DNA from: Candidatus Aenigmatarchaeota archaeon
GTDB taxonomy: Archaea > Aenigmatarchaeota > Aenigmatarchaeia > CG10238-14
Assembly (NCBI GenBank): GCA_044343545.1
Contig: JAWBZR010000002.1
Coordinates: 19,213-83,212, forward strand
DNA: 64,000 nt
Direction of reading: 5' to 3'
Positions 1-9,745 of the stretch are shown here, piece by piece (position 1 is the first letter of the stretch; each line of letters opens with the position of its first letter). Position numbers and translations under genes: made by a program. The notes under the pieces were generated by a model. It was not told where the DNA came from, did not search any database, and saw only the letters and a list, made by a program, of their open reading frames with translations.

Positions 1-84
1 TGCCAAGAAAACAGCTATTAAAATTAACAATCCGAGCAAGTCCCTCTTTCTTATTCTTATGTAATCGCTCTCTTGTGTAGGCAT
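1..84 (-). CDS. Partial CDS (N-terminus only; runs off window edge), membrane-anchored protein
   Basis: ATG at 84 on the minus strand reads MPTQESDYIRIRKRDLLGLLILIAVFLA to the edge with no stop; basic residues then a hydrophobic helix. Confidence 0.55.
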   Translation of the reverse strand, partial: MPTQESDYIRIRKRDLLGLLILIAVFLA

Positions 85-141
85 ACAATTTATATCTTTT
101 TCAACAATTTAAAACTTTTTTATTGAAAAAACAATTTATAT

Positions 142-594
142 TTGATGAAAAAGTTTTTGATATTAACAATAATTTTTATATTGATTTTGTTGAATTCTTC
201 TTTTTCTCAAGATATAGACGTAACTCTGTATTTAAATTCGAGTAGAATCGAGTTAGATAATGGAATAAATGTTCGAGGGATCGTGACAGAGAATGGTGAA
301 CCTCAACAATCAACAGTGTATGTGAAGGTGGATGACAAGATTGTTTGCATTATTTTTACCAATTCTTCAGGCATTTACGAATGTTCTTTTAGTTTGAATA
401 AAGTCGGAAAGTTTCAAATATTCGTCACTGCCATTACTTCATCTCATGCAAAGACGGTGAGCAAGGAAATATCTACATTCATTTCTTTTGGTGAAAAAAT
501 TAAAGAAGTTTATTGCAAGCAAAAAGCCGTGTTGATTCAAAATATCGATGGTTCTATAAAATTTTCTAAAATGAAAATTTGTATTGGCGAGTGA
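142..594 (+). CDS. Secreted/surface protein, probable Ig-like beta fold
   Basis: Signal peptide MKKFLILTIIFILILLNSSFS, then beta-rich sequence; first gene of a tightly packed + strand cluster. Confidence 0.6.
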   Translation: MMKKFLILTIIFILILLNSSFSQDIDVTLYLNSSRIELDNGINVRGIVTENGEPQQSTVYVKVDDKIVCIIFTNSSGIYECSFSLNKVGKFQIFVTAITSSHAKTVSKEISTFISFGEKIKEVYCKQKAVLIQNIDGSIKFSKMKICIGE

Positions 595-600
595 TGAAAG

Positions 601-1815
601 ATGAATTGGTTCGAGTTCGTTCTTTCAACTTTCATTTTTCTTTTATTTTCAACTTTCATCATTTTTTATTTCACAAATAGAGTTTCTTCGAGATTGGATG
701 ATATGAAATTTTATGAGATGAAAGCTAAAGCAACAATAGTTGAAAGCATTTTACTTTTTCCTGAAGAGTCAGAAAAATTTGAGGAATTTGAAACTATTAC
801 TCAAAAAACATATTACAGAGTTTTGATGGTTGATGGAAAAGAGAATCAACGAAAAAAAGAAATAGTAAACTTCTTTATACACATTGACGAGAATTGTGAA
901 AAAAATATAACAAAAGATAGTATTTTAATTTTTGATGAAAATGCTACTCAAGTTCCTTTTGTTTTTTATGAAGAAAACTATTGCGGTAACGGAAAAATAA
1001 AAAATGCAAAAATAATTTTTTTTGATTCTTTCAATGCCACAAGAAATTATTTCATCTACTATTCATGTTTAAATTTTACTCGAGAAACAATTTTCAACTC
1101 CACTTTGGTTGGATTTTGGAATTTTGATGAAGAAGGTTTCATAGCTTTAGACAAAACAGAAAATAAAAATCACGGAGAAATCATCGATTTGGAAAGAGTC
1201 CCAGGAAAATTTGGTATGGCATTGAATTTTTCAGGTCAAGGTTTTGTGAATGTAAGTAAAGGCAACAATCTATCCAATGAAAAAACATCAATAGAATTTT
1301 GGGTTTTCATAACAAACTTTACCGAAGCAACCATTATTGAAAAATACGATTCATATGGAGTTAAGCTCGAAAATGATAAAATAAAAGGATATGTTGTTGG
1401 CTTACCTTCAAATTATCAACCTTCTTTTTCTATTGATCAGAACAAATGGCATCACATAGTTTTTACGTCCAATGGCACTTTACATAATCTTTACATTGAT
1501 GGAAGCTTGCGCAATTCAACTGAATACGAAGCGAATATTCCTTTGAATGTCGGGCCATTAAGTATAGGTGCAACATATGATGGAAGCAAAAAATTTTATG
1601 GTTTGATAGATGAAGTGAGAATATATTCTCATTTCATGGAGGAAGACGAGGTGGAAAGGGCGAATGATTCCAAACCTATCAACATAATGATATATCCGGA
1701 AACAGAGAGCAAAATTATTTCAATTAATAAAATTAAAGCTATGAAAAATTTTGATTCAAGTCAAATAGATCGAATTTTTGGTTTTCACAATTTCTATGTA
1801 GAGGTGGGAGAATGA
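601..1815 (+). CDS. LamG/concanavalin-like domain surface protein with pilin-like N-terminal helix
   Basis: N-terminal TM helix; LamG hallmarks LVGFWNFDE, GKFGMALNF, WHHIVFT, LYIDG, FYGLIDEVRIY. Confidence 0.8.
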   Translation: MNWFEFVLSTFIFLLFSTFIIFYFTNRVSSRLDDMKFYEMKAKATIVESILLFPEESEKFEEFETITQKTYYRVLMVDGKENQRKKEIVNFFIHIDENCEKNITKDSILIFDENATQVPFVFYEENYCGNGKIKNAKIIFFDSFNATRNYFIYYSCLNFTRETIFNSTLVGFWNFDEEGFIALDKTENKNHGEIIDLERVPGKFGMALNFSGQGFVNVSKGNNLSNEKTSIEFWVFITNFTEATIIEKYDSYGVKLENDKIKGYVVGLPSNYQPSFSIDQNKWHHIVFTSNGTLHNLYIDGSLRNSTEYEANIPLNVGPLSIGATYDGSKKFYGLIDEVRIYSHFMEEDEVERANDSKPINIMIYPETESKIISINKIKAMKNFDSSQIDRIFGFHNFYVEVGE

Positions 1816-2192
1816 AAGGAATAAACTTTATGATAGAGTTGGCAATTTCCATAATTTTAATTTTTTCCATTTTCTATTTATTCACAAAAAACGTGGAAAA
1901 AAAAGATTTTTTGTCAAAACAAAAATATGAGATTTTTCAAGCGCTTGAAATTTTAGATCAATCAAATAATCTTAGGCCTCATGCTTTGAGAAACGAGGCA
2001 AATATTATAAAAGAAAAATTATCGTATTTTTCGCCTACAAAAAATTATTCTGTTGTTATATTTAACAAAACTACCAATACAACAGAAATTCCAAATATCG
2101 AAAGTAGAAATGTTGCTATAGTTGATTATTTGATTGCAGGTGATTTCGGTCTTTATGAGCCAAGAATAATAAAAGTTTTCATATGGGATTAA
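1812..2192 (+). CDS. Type IV pilin-like protein (class III signal peptide)
   Basis: MKG|INFMIELAISIILIF: KG cleavage site followed by a hydrophobic helix; overlaps upstream stop. Confidence 0.6.
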   Translation: MKGINFMIELAISIILIFSIFYLFTKNVEKKDFLSKQKYEIFQALEILDQSNNLRPHALRNEANIIKEKLSYFSPTKNYSVVIFNKTTNTTEIPNIESRNVAIVDYLIAGDFGLYEPRIIKVFIWD

Positions 2193-2193
2193 A

Positions 2194-2766
2194 ATGAAGG
2201 GTCAGGCCATTTTAATGTCAGCAATGATTTTGATAATGGTTTTTACCATAATAGAATTAGACATTTTTAATTTTTTGCAAAATCCAACATTAGATAAAGA
2301 CTACAATTTACACTATTTTGAAAAATTAAAAAAAGAAATAACTCTAGCTTTAACAAACGAAAATTCTGTTGAAAACTTTTTAGATTTTTTACTATTAATA
2401 AAACAAGATGCTGCTTTGAAAAATTACAATTTTTCTCTTTTTAGTGTCATAGCAACAAACGATACAAACAAACTTAATGTAAGCGTTTTGAATTATCTTG
2501 ACACTAATATCAATGTCACATTGAAAATCAACACGACGCCTCATCAAATACAAAATATTCTATTAATGAAGGGAGAATGTTATAATTTTACGTTTGATAT
2601 AGAAAGCGATAGTGATTACGAACTTGAAATAAATTACACTGAAAACATAACCATACCTATAATTTTTAGAGAAAAAAATAACATTTTTGCTTTCATAGAT
2701 GTATTTCTTCAGAATGAAAATATAAGATACATAGATAAATTTCGAAAGTCATATTATTTCTCATGA
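2194..2766 (+). CDS. Type IV pilin-like protein (class III signal peptide)
   Basis: MKG|QAILMSAMILIMVF, the KGQ start typical of archaeal prepilins. Confidence 0.6.
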   Translation: MKGQAILMSAMILIMVFTIIELDIFNFLQNPTLDKDYNLHYFEKLKKEITLALTNENSVENFLDFLLLIKQDAALKNYNFSLFSVIATNDTNKLNVSVLNYLDTNINVTLKINTTPHQIQNILLMKGECYNFTFDIESDSDYELEINYTENITIPIIFREKNNIFAFIDVFLQNENIRYIDKFRKSYYFS

Positions 2767-3236
2767 AAGGATTGAATGAATTTGTGGCCATCGCTATTAT
2801 ACTATCTATCGCTATATCCGGTATAGTAATTTCGATGGAATTTATAAAACCCATGATTGAAAAATCTCGAGACAATTTTATTGTGAATGAAGCTATAAGC
2901 AATATTTTGAAGATAAGAGATACTTTATATGAAATTGTTAACGAGGGTGAGGGCTCTAGAAGACTCATAAACATAGTAGTCTCTGATGGAACATATACTT
3001 TCGATGAAAATGCAGATGCAATAAACTTCACATACCAAATGAAGGGAAATTTGGTTTTTTTGGGAGAAAAGCGTGGTATTCAAATTAGAACTGTTGATCG
3101 GCAACTAATTATGTCACTCAATTTTAGCAACATAGATTTTATCAATGAATTTTACATATATAAAGGAAGTAAAACGATAATGTTAAGTTATGAAGATTTC
3201 GAGAATGGCAAGGCCAAAATATCCATTTCAGATTAA
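2763..3236 (+). CDS. Type IV pilin-like protein (class III signal peptide)
   Basis: MKG|LNEFVAIAIILSIAISG; ATGA overlap with the preceding gene. Confidence 0.65.
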   Translation: MKGLNEFVAIAIILSIAISGIVISMEFIKPMIEKSRDNFIVNEAISNILKIRDTLYEIVNEGEGSRRLINIVVSDGTYTFDENADAINFTYQMKGNLVFLGEKRGIQIRTVDRQLIMSLNFSNIDFINEFYIYKGSKTIMLSYEDFENGKAKISISD

Positions 3237-3295
3237 ATTTATGAGCGGTTAAACCAAAAAATATTAAATAAAGAATTTTACGAATAATATATTGT

Positions 3296-3433
3296 ATGGC
3301 AATTTGGAAAAACATCAAGTGTCCTCGATGTGGTAAGCCAAATGAAAGAGAAGTTTTGAATAAAAGAAACGGTTCTTGCATTTTTTGCGGCTTTAGAATC
3401 GCTTCAAATCTAAACAATTTTATGAAAAAATGA
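3296..3433 (+). CDS. Small zinc-ribbon protein (45 aa, not in ORF track)
   Basis: MAIWKNIKCPRCGKPNEREVLNKRNGSCIFCGFRIASNLNNFMKK; two CxxCG pairs. Confidence 0.65.
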   Translation: MAIWKNIKCPRCGKPNEREVLNKRNGSCIFCGFRIASNLNNFMKK

Positions 3434-3438
3434 AACTT

Positions 3439-3603
3439 TTAAGCAAAAATGCTACTGTTTTCGCTTTGATTTTTTTCGCAATCCAAGCATATCCATTCAT
3501 TCTTTTTCTTTCTCAAACATTTATGACAACCGATTTTCCCGCATCTATCACACTCTCTCATCTCTATGGTTTCGCTGTTGCAATTCAAGCATTTTAGAGT
3601 CAT
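3439..3603 (-). CDS. Small 8-Cys double-zinc-finger protein (54 aa, not in ORF track)
   Basis: MTLKCLNCNSETIEMRECDRCGKIGCHKCLRKKKNEWICLDCEKNQSENSSIFA; four CxxC pairs. Confidence 0.7.
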   Translation of the reverse strand: MTLKCLNCNSETIEMRECDRCGKIGCHKCLRKKKNEWICLDCEKNQSENSSIFA

Positions 3604-3640
3604 CGAATTAAATATTTGGAAAATTACAAATTAATAAAGT

Positions 3641-5047
3641 ATGGGCGAATCAAAGGAATTTGGTTATTCAGACATAGTAAGGAGAAACATAGAAAATACT
3701 GCAAGAGAAGGCAATGTAAATTCAATAAAGGTTGGCATAGGAGAATCCTATTTTGATGCATTTGCGATAAGGGTGATAAACGCGACACCTTTTCAAGTAG
3801 GCATACTTTCTTCCATTCCACAACTATTCGGTCATATTTCAAACATATTTTCTCATAAAGCTATAGAAAGATTTAGAAGTCGAAAAAAAGTGATTTTGAT
3901 TTGTGTTTTAATCAATGCCTTATGCTTTATACCAATATTTTTAAGCGCTTTCATAAAGGGATACGAATTCATCTTCTTGCTCGCTTCGATAACGTTGTAT
4001 TTTACTTCAGAGTTATTCCTTCTTCCAGCTTGGGTCAGCTTGATGGGAGATATCATACCAGATCAAATAAAGGGAATATATTTTGGTGAAAGAAACAAAT
4101 CAATGAAATTGTTCGCATTTGTTTCCATGATAATTGGTGGGTTTATTTTGCAAGTAATTTCCGGTTTAAGTTTGTTGCTTTCTTTTGGCATAATTTTTTT
4201 CATCGCTCTTTTGGCAAGATTAATTTCATTCTATTTGTTTTTAAAAATTTATGAGCCGGAATATGTTTTTGATGAATCATTCAAGTTTGGTTTCATCGAT
4301 TTCGTAAAAAACTTGAAAAAAACAAATTTTGGCATGTTCGTCATTTTTATGGTCACATTCACCTTTTCTTATAGATTAGCCGCACCATATTTTTCTGTTT
4401 ACATGCTTAACTATCTAAAATTTGATTATTGGAAATTTACTCTCATCAATGCGTCAAGCGTGCTTGCAACAATTGTTAGTATGCCCATATGGGGAAAATA
4501 TATAGACGAGTATGGCAATAAAAAGATAATGACATTGACAGCTTTTTGCATCCCACTAATCCCGTTTTTATGGATGCTTTCTAGCAACATCATTTATTTG
4601 TTCTTGGTGGAGTTATTTTCTGGTTTTGTTTGGGCTGGCTTCAACTTGTCGACATTTAATTTTGTATTTTTTTCAACATCGCCAGAAAAAAGACACATAG
4701 CTCAATCATACTATAACGTTCTTTTAGGAATTTCTATGTTTATGGGTAGCATGACGGGAGGTTTGCTGATAGAAAAAGTCAAACTTTTTGAAATACCAAT
4801 ATTCAATGTCTTTGCTGTTTCTACTGCAATGAGATTTTTGACAGCATTCTTGTTTTTGAGAAAAATTGAAGAACCAAAAGAAAAGAAAGAAATAAGCTAT
4901 TCAAAATTACTATTTAGCGCTTCCATCGTGGAAGTGTGGAAATCTTTGCAGAGCACCTTTACTTTCAAAAAGAAAAGAAAAAAATCCTTTTTTGAAAGAC
5001 TTGCCGAAGAATTGGAAGAAATTACAAATGCAGGAGGCAGGATTTGA
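3641..5047 (+). CDS. MFS transporter
   Basis: About 12 hydrophobic segments; MFS loop motifs IERFRSRKK and WGKYIDEYGNKK. Confidence 0.85.
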   Translation: MGESKEFGYSDIVRRNIENTAREGNVNSIKVGIGESYFDAFAIRVINATPFQVGILSSIPQLFGHISNIFSHKAIERFRSRKKVILICVLINALCFIPIFLSAFIKGYEFIFLLASITLYFTSELFLLPAWVSLMGDIIPDQIKGIYFGERNKSMKLFAFVSMIIGGFILQVISGLSLLLSFGIIFFIALLARLISFYLFLKIYEPEYVFDESFKFGFIDFVKNLKKTNFGMFVIFMVTFTFSYRLAAPYFSVYMLNYLKFDYWKFTLINASSVLATIVSMPIWGKYIDEYGNKKIMTLTAFCIPLIPFLWMLSSNIIYLFLVELFSGFVWAGFNLSTFNFVFFSTSPEKRHIAQSYYNVLLGISMFMGSMTGGLLIEKVKLFEIPIFNVFAVSTAMRFLTAFLFLRKIEEPKEKKEISYSKLLFSASIVEVWKSLQSTFTFKKKRKKSFFERLAEELEEITNAGGRI

Positions 5048-5114
5048 ACCTGCGTATCCACTAAGGAACCAGCTCCTAAGGCTGGCGCCATTGACCAGGC
5101 TAGGCGACTCCTGC
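5029..5114 (-). tRNA. tRNA-Leu(UAG)
   Basis: Cloverleaf GCAGGAG...CTCCTGC-A; anticodon arm CCAGC-CTTAGGA-GCTGG; long variable arm; TTCAAAT T-loop; no encoded CCA. Confidence 0.95.
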
Positions 5115-5157
5115 CTTATTAATAAAAATTATCAATCCTTAATAATTTTATGTTTTT

Positions 5158-6057
5158 TTAAGAAGCCAATTTTATCTTGTTCTTCTTAAACTGTTTCATA
5201 ATTTCTTTGAGTAATTCTGATACTATTTCTTCTTTTCTTGAGATATCCACAGTTCTTATCCAAACTTCCAAAGTTATCTTAGTGGCAGTGCAAGATTTTA
5301 CTAATACCTTTGGCATAAAAGGTGTCAAATCCATTCCAGATTCTACTATCTTTGAAAACTTCTCAGCCAGGTATTCTATTCTCGCTATTTTTCCTTTTTC
5401 TATGATGTCATCTAAAATGTTTCTTTTTTTGGGTATGTTAGGAAGCACGTAGGGATGACTTCTGCATACGTCTATTATTATTTTTTCTGCCTTTTCAAGA
5501 TTGGTATCTGCACTTAAATCCAAATTGAAAGATATTTTGACAAAATTACCTTTTGTATAGTTTATGATGTTGGTCGTAACCAATACGGAGTTTGGGACAT
5601 AAACAATAGAACCATCATACCTTCTGAGAACGGTTCTAAATAAAGTCATATCTTTTACTCTTGATATTCCAGGTTGAGGAAAACCGCCAACTTCAACCCA
5701 ATCCCCTATTTTTAATGGCCTTTCGACTGATATTATTATTCCAGCGATGATATTTTGAAAAGTTTGTTGCGTAGACAAACCTATTATTATTGTGGCTATG
5801 CCAGCCGCAGTCCAAACAGTGCTCAAATTAATACCCAAAATTTTGTTTAATATGAAATAAAAACCCAAAAAATAAAATAAATAGTTCGCGAGTCTAGATA
5901 CTGTTTTTGAAAGATTCTTATTGATTTTTTCATCTAAAAATCTTCTCATGAAAAAATAAATCGCATTTCCTATAACAATAACCATTAAAGAAAGAATTAT
6001 TGAAATTATAACCGTTTCAGTTGTTACTGTACCCAATTCGAAGCCGTTCATAAACAC
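5158..6057 (-). CDS. mscS: Small-conductance mechanosensitive channel (MscS family)
   Basis: Three TM helices, then QNIIAGIII..ERPLKIGDWVEV and VYVPNS..INYT. Confidence 0.9.
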   Translation of the reverse strand: MFMNGFELGTVTTETVIISIILSLMVIVIGNAIYFFMRRFLDEKINKNLSKTVSRLANYLFYFLGFYFILNKILGINLSTVWTAAGIATIIIGLSTQQTFQNIIAGIIISVERPLKIGDWVEVGGFPQPGISRVKDMTLFRTVLRRYDGSIVYVPNSVLVTTNIINYTKGNFVKISFNLDLSADTNLEKAEKIIIDVCRSHPYVLPNIPKKRNILDDIIEKGKIARIEYLAEKFSKIVESGMDLTPFMPKVLVKSCTATKITLEVWIRTVDISRKEEIVSELLKEIMKQFKKNKIKLAS

Positions 6058-6167
6058 TTATTATTATTGTTTAGGCCTATTTTAAATAATTTCGTTCTGT
6101 TAGGATCAATTTCGCAGAAAAATTATGTCGTGTTAAATCAAAATAAATGAAAATCTAGAAGGTGGTT

Positions 6168-7790
6168 TTATTTTTGAATTTTATCGCTTAATTTTTTTAT
6201 CTTTTCATCCAACTTCTTTTCAGCTTCCAATCTTTCTAAAGGATAGTCTTTAAAATCGACAAACTTTGTCGCGTACTCCGCTAGTAAGGGATGAACGTCC
6301 CTTACTTTTGATGCAATGGCTTGAGCTATCTTCCTGTAATATTCATGACCTTGAGGGGAGCTTCTCAACTCAGTTAAGTGAGAAATTTCACGCAAATTCA
6401 GTTTAAAATACCATCTTACTTTGAAACCCAATGGAACTATGTATTGTGCTTGTAAAGGCATTTTCTTTCTCACTTTCTCAAAAAAATTCTTCGCAGCCTC
6501 CATTGCTTTCACATATTTTGATTCCAATTTCGCTTCTGTAATGTCTTTTGGTACATCAAAACCATAATCAGTGGTGATGAGTTGTCTTTCTTGTGTAAGC
6601 ATTCTATGTCTTTGCAAGTCCTTGTACGCGCCTAAAGGAGCCAAAATATCAAAAGTATAATAAGTGTTTTCAAAAGCTCTTCCTATTTTTTGTTGCCTAA
6701 CTTTTCTTCTCGATGCATATTCAAAAACAATTTTTTTCTTTTCTTCTAAACTCATATTTTTCACAATTTTTCTCAATTCTTTCAAGCTCATGTCGGTGAA
6801 AGGATATAGCATCGATGCTATAACCTTTTCTTCCGCATCTTGATCATAATCAACAAGCTCAACATAACTTCCATCGTGCTCTTTAGCTTCGAATTTCTTA
6901 CCTATTTTTTCCATTGCTTCTCTTGTTTGCTTAAAATATTCTTGCATAGCCTTTCCATGTTCCATTTTGGCTCTTTTCACGAAAGAAGGTATAACCTTAT
7001 CCAATTCTTCTTGCATCATCAAAGCCAAATTTCTTACTTCGAAAAGCGGAGAAGCATACATCTTGTTCAGTAGATGCTCAAAAGCTCTTCCATTTCCAAA
7101 CAGGCCAACATTTGTGAGAGTGGACGCCGGTAAAAGTTGTCTTAGAGTGTCGCATACTTTCGCTCTTATTGTTGCCTGATATGCTCTATCAGAAACATCT
7201 TTTGGTTGTGGATATTTTTTTTGCATGAAATCCGACATTTTTGGTATTAATTCGGAATATGTATCGAACAAGAAATCCATCGTTTCTTCGTACATTTCTC
7301 CAAATTCAGAGCTCATCAATTCGGGATCTCTATAATACTTGTACTTTCCATCTTCCTTTTGGTCGAAAAACACGTATCTCGTGGATTTTTCAAGCGGAGA
7401 TATGCCTATTCTATTATCTTCTAGCATCTTTGCCGCTATTAATTGTGAAACATCTTCGCATGCTACATGAACACCTGCCAATTCAGCTACGGAATCATCA
7501 CCAAAACCTATCAAAACTCTCTCATAAAATTCTTCAGCTTTTTGTGTGGCAATAAACTTTTCAAAATGTTTTCTTTCGTCCATTGAAACAATTTCTTTGA
7601 AATTCATTTCAGGATTTAAAATGAATTCTTCAAGCAAAACTCTTCTTAAACTCTTTGGCGATCTACTATATCTTGCAAACAAAGCACCCTTGACAACTTC
7701 CGGCAAGTTTATTAACACGAATACCGGCTTGTCCAAGTTTGTTAAAAAAGGTTGCAATATTTTTCTTTCTTCTTCGGTAAAATTTTCCAT
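6168..7790 (-). CDS. thyX: FAD-dependent thymidylate synthase, tandem two-domain form
   Basis: GALFARYSRS, GDDSVAEL, EKSTRY, LQRHR, ELRS.PQGH motifs; 540 aa fits a duplicated ThyX fold. Confidence 0.9.
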   Translation of the reverse strand: MENFTEEERKILQPFLTNLDKPVFVLINLPEVVKGALFARYSRSPKSLRRVLLEEFILNPEMNFKEIVSMDERKHFEKFIATQKAEEFYERVLIGFGDDSVAELAGVHVACEDVSQLIAAKMLEDNRIGISPLEKSTRYVFFDQKEDGKYKYYRDPELMSSEFGEMYEETMDFLFDTYSELIPKMSDFMQKKYPQPKDVSDRAYQATIRAKVCDTLRQLLPASTLTNVGLFGNGRAFEHLLNKMYASPLFEVRNLALMMQEELDKVIPSFVKRAKMEHGKAMQEYFKQTREAMEKIGKKFEAKEHDGSYVELVDYDQDAEEKVIASMLYPFTDMSLKELRKIVKNMSLEEKKKIVFEYASRRKVRQQKIGRAFENTYYTFDILAPLGAYKDLQRHRMLTQERQLITTDYGFDVPKDITEAKLESKYVKAMEAAKNFFEKVRKKMPLQAQYIVPLGFKVRWYFKLNLREISHLTELRSSPQGHEYYRKIAQAIASKVRDVHPLLAEYATKFVDFKDYPLERLEAEKKLDEKIKKLSDKIQK

Positions 7791-9110
7791 CTATATCATC
7801 ACATCCTCATATATTGGAAAATTTTCGCAAAGATCTATAACTTCTTTTCTTATTTCTTTTATTGCTTCGTTCCTTTCAATTTCTTTTCTGAATTTATTTA
7901 TTAACAAATCCTTATTTTCTTTTGAAAATTCATATTTCATCGCGAGCCGAATCACTTTAATCATGTAATCTGCTATTCTTTCCATTTCAGATTCCTTCAT
8001 ACCTCTTGTAGTTAATGCAGGCGTTCCACACCTTATGCCACTAGGATAAAAGGGAGATGCATCGTTTGGTATAGTATTTTTGTTGACGATTATTCCAGCT
8101 TTATCCAATGCTTCTTGAGCGTACATGCCTTTACCATAGCCGAAAGGAGTAAGGTCTATTAAAAGTAAATGTGTATCTGTTCCGCCAGAAACGAGTTTTA
8201 TATCCATTTTTATAAACTCTTCAGCCAACTTTTTACAGTTTTTAACTATTTGTTTCGCATATTCTTTGAATTCAGGTTGAGATGCTTCATGCAATGCAAC
8301 TGCTATAGCAGCAGTAACATTGTCATGAGGTCCGCCTTGAAGTCCAGGAAAAACAGCTTTATCTATTTTTTCAGGCAAGCTTTCATCTTTTTCTAAACCT
8401 TTTCTTGTAACCATTATCATCGCTCCCCTCGGTCCTCTAAGAGTTTTGTGAGTAGTTGTTGTTATAACATGTGCATATTTTGATGGGCTAGGATGAACCT
8501 TACCAACTATTAAACCTGCTATGTGTGAAATATCTGCAACTAAATAAGCATCAACATCATCGGCAATTTCAGCGAATCTCTTGAAATCGATGATTCTTGG
8601 ATAAGCCGTGAAACCACACCATATTAATTTAGGTTTGTATTTTTTTGCAAGTTTCTCCATTTCATCAAAATCTATGTAACCATTTTCATTTAAATGATAG
8701 TGGACTGAATTAAACAACATACCTGAAAAACTTGTTTTCCATCCATGAGTTAAGTGGCCACCATGAGTCATGTCCAAACCCATTATTGTGTCGCCTGGTT
8801 TGCAAAGAGCCAAATACACTGCGAAGTTTGCCGGGCTACCAGAATAAGGTTGAACATTCACATGCTCTACCTTGAAAAGTTTTTTCGCTCTTTTTATGGC
8901 CAACCTTTCTATTTCATCGATGTATTGGTTTCCGCCATAATATCTTTTTCCAGGATAACCTTCTGAATATTTGTTTGTTAAAACAGAACCCAAAGCTTTC
9001 AGGACATTGACGCTCGCATAATTTTCTGATGGTATCATCACAAGTGATTTTTGTTGCCTTTCTAAATCTTTGCGAATTAAATTAAAAATTTCTTCGTCGA
9101 TAAAAGGCAT
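7791..9110 (-). CDS. glyA: Serine hydroxymethyltransferase
   Basis: PSENY, NKYSEGYPGKRYYGG, GGHLTHG, TTTTHKTLRGPRG (PLP Lys), FPGLQGGP. Confidence 0.97.
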   Translation of the reverse strand: MPFIDEEIFNLIRKDLERQQKSLVMIPSENYASVNVLKALGSVLTNKYSEGYPGKRYYGGNQYIDEIERLAIKRAKKLFKVEHVNVQPYSGSPANFAVYLALCKPGDTIMGLDMTHGGHLTHGWKTSFSGMLFNSVHYHLNENGYIDFDEMEKLAKKYKPKLIWCGFTAYPRIIDFKRFAEIADDVDAYLVADISHIAGLIVGKVHPSPSKYAHVITTTTHKTLRGPRGAMIMVTRKGLEKDESLPEKIDKAVFPGLQGGPHDNVTAAIAVALHEASQPEFKEYAKQIVKNCKKLAEEFIKMDIKLVSGGTDTHLLLIDLTPFGYGKGMYAQEALDKAGIIVNKNTIPNDASPFYPSGIRCGTPALTTRGMKESEMERIADYMIKVIRLAMKYEFSKENKDLLINKFRKEIERNEAIKEIRKEVIDLCENFPIYEDVMI

Positions 9111-9164
9111 AAATTTATTTTCAAATAATTCATTTAAAAAAATTTTAATATTTTAATAACAAAA

Positions 9165-9500
9165 ATGGATTTAAAGGGATTCTTTAAATTAGAAAAAAAT
9201 AAAATAATATTAACTTTAGTTATCCTTTTAATTTTTCCGTTACCATACTGGAATGGAATTCTTTGTGAAAGATGCGAAAAAGAACCTTGTCCCAAATGCC
9301 CTGATACTAATTTTGGCCCAGCCTTGTTAGGTTGGTGGTTTACGTGGAAAGGTAGTTTCTATGGCCATTCAAAAATAATAGGAAACTATCATCTTGCACT
9401 AAATGTTTTAGAAAAAATACTACTTCAATTATTAATAATAGGTCTGCCAGTATCATACTTAATATCTTGTTTCATTTTTTGGTTTTTCAAAAATAGATAA
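9165..9500 (+). CDS. Small membrane protein with Cys-rich loop
   Basis: Two TM segments flanking CERC..PCPKC. Confidence 0.55.
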   Translation: MDLKGFFKLEKNKIILTLVILLIFPLPYWNGILCERCEKEPCPKCPDTNFGPALLGWWFTWKGSFYGHSKIIGNYHLALNVLEKILLQLLIIGLPVSYLISCFIFWFFKNR

Positions 9501-9548
9501 GGATGTCAATTAAATTTTTGTGTCTAATGTTGAAGAAATATTGCTTTT

Positions 9549-9620
9549 TGGACCAGGCGGGATTTGAACCCGCAGCCTCTGCCTTGCGAAGGCAGCGATC
9601 TACCATTGATCTACTGGCCC
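9549..9620 (-). tRNA. tRNA-Ala(CGC)
   Basis: GGGCCAG...CTGGTCC-A with G3:U70; anticodon arm CTGCC-TTCGCAA-GGCAG. Confidence 0.95.
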
Positions 9621-9669
9621 GCTTGAAAGTATTAAAATTTTTTATTAGAAATAAAATATAGATTTTGAA

Positions 9670-9744
9670 GGGCCACTAGCTTAGCCTGGTTGGAGCGCCT
9701 GACTGATAATCAGGAGGTCGCCAGTTCAAATCTGGCGTGGCCCA
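9670..9744 (+). tRNA. tRNA-Ile(GAU)
   Basis: GGGCCAC...GTGGCCC-A; anticodon arm CCTGA-CTGATAA-TCAGG; divergent from tRNA-Ala. Confidence 0.95.
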
Positions 9745-9745
9745 T

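Noticed and set aside
4897..5189. Two short ORFs over tRNA-Leu
   Set aside because: Translations of tRNA sequence
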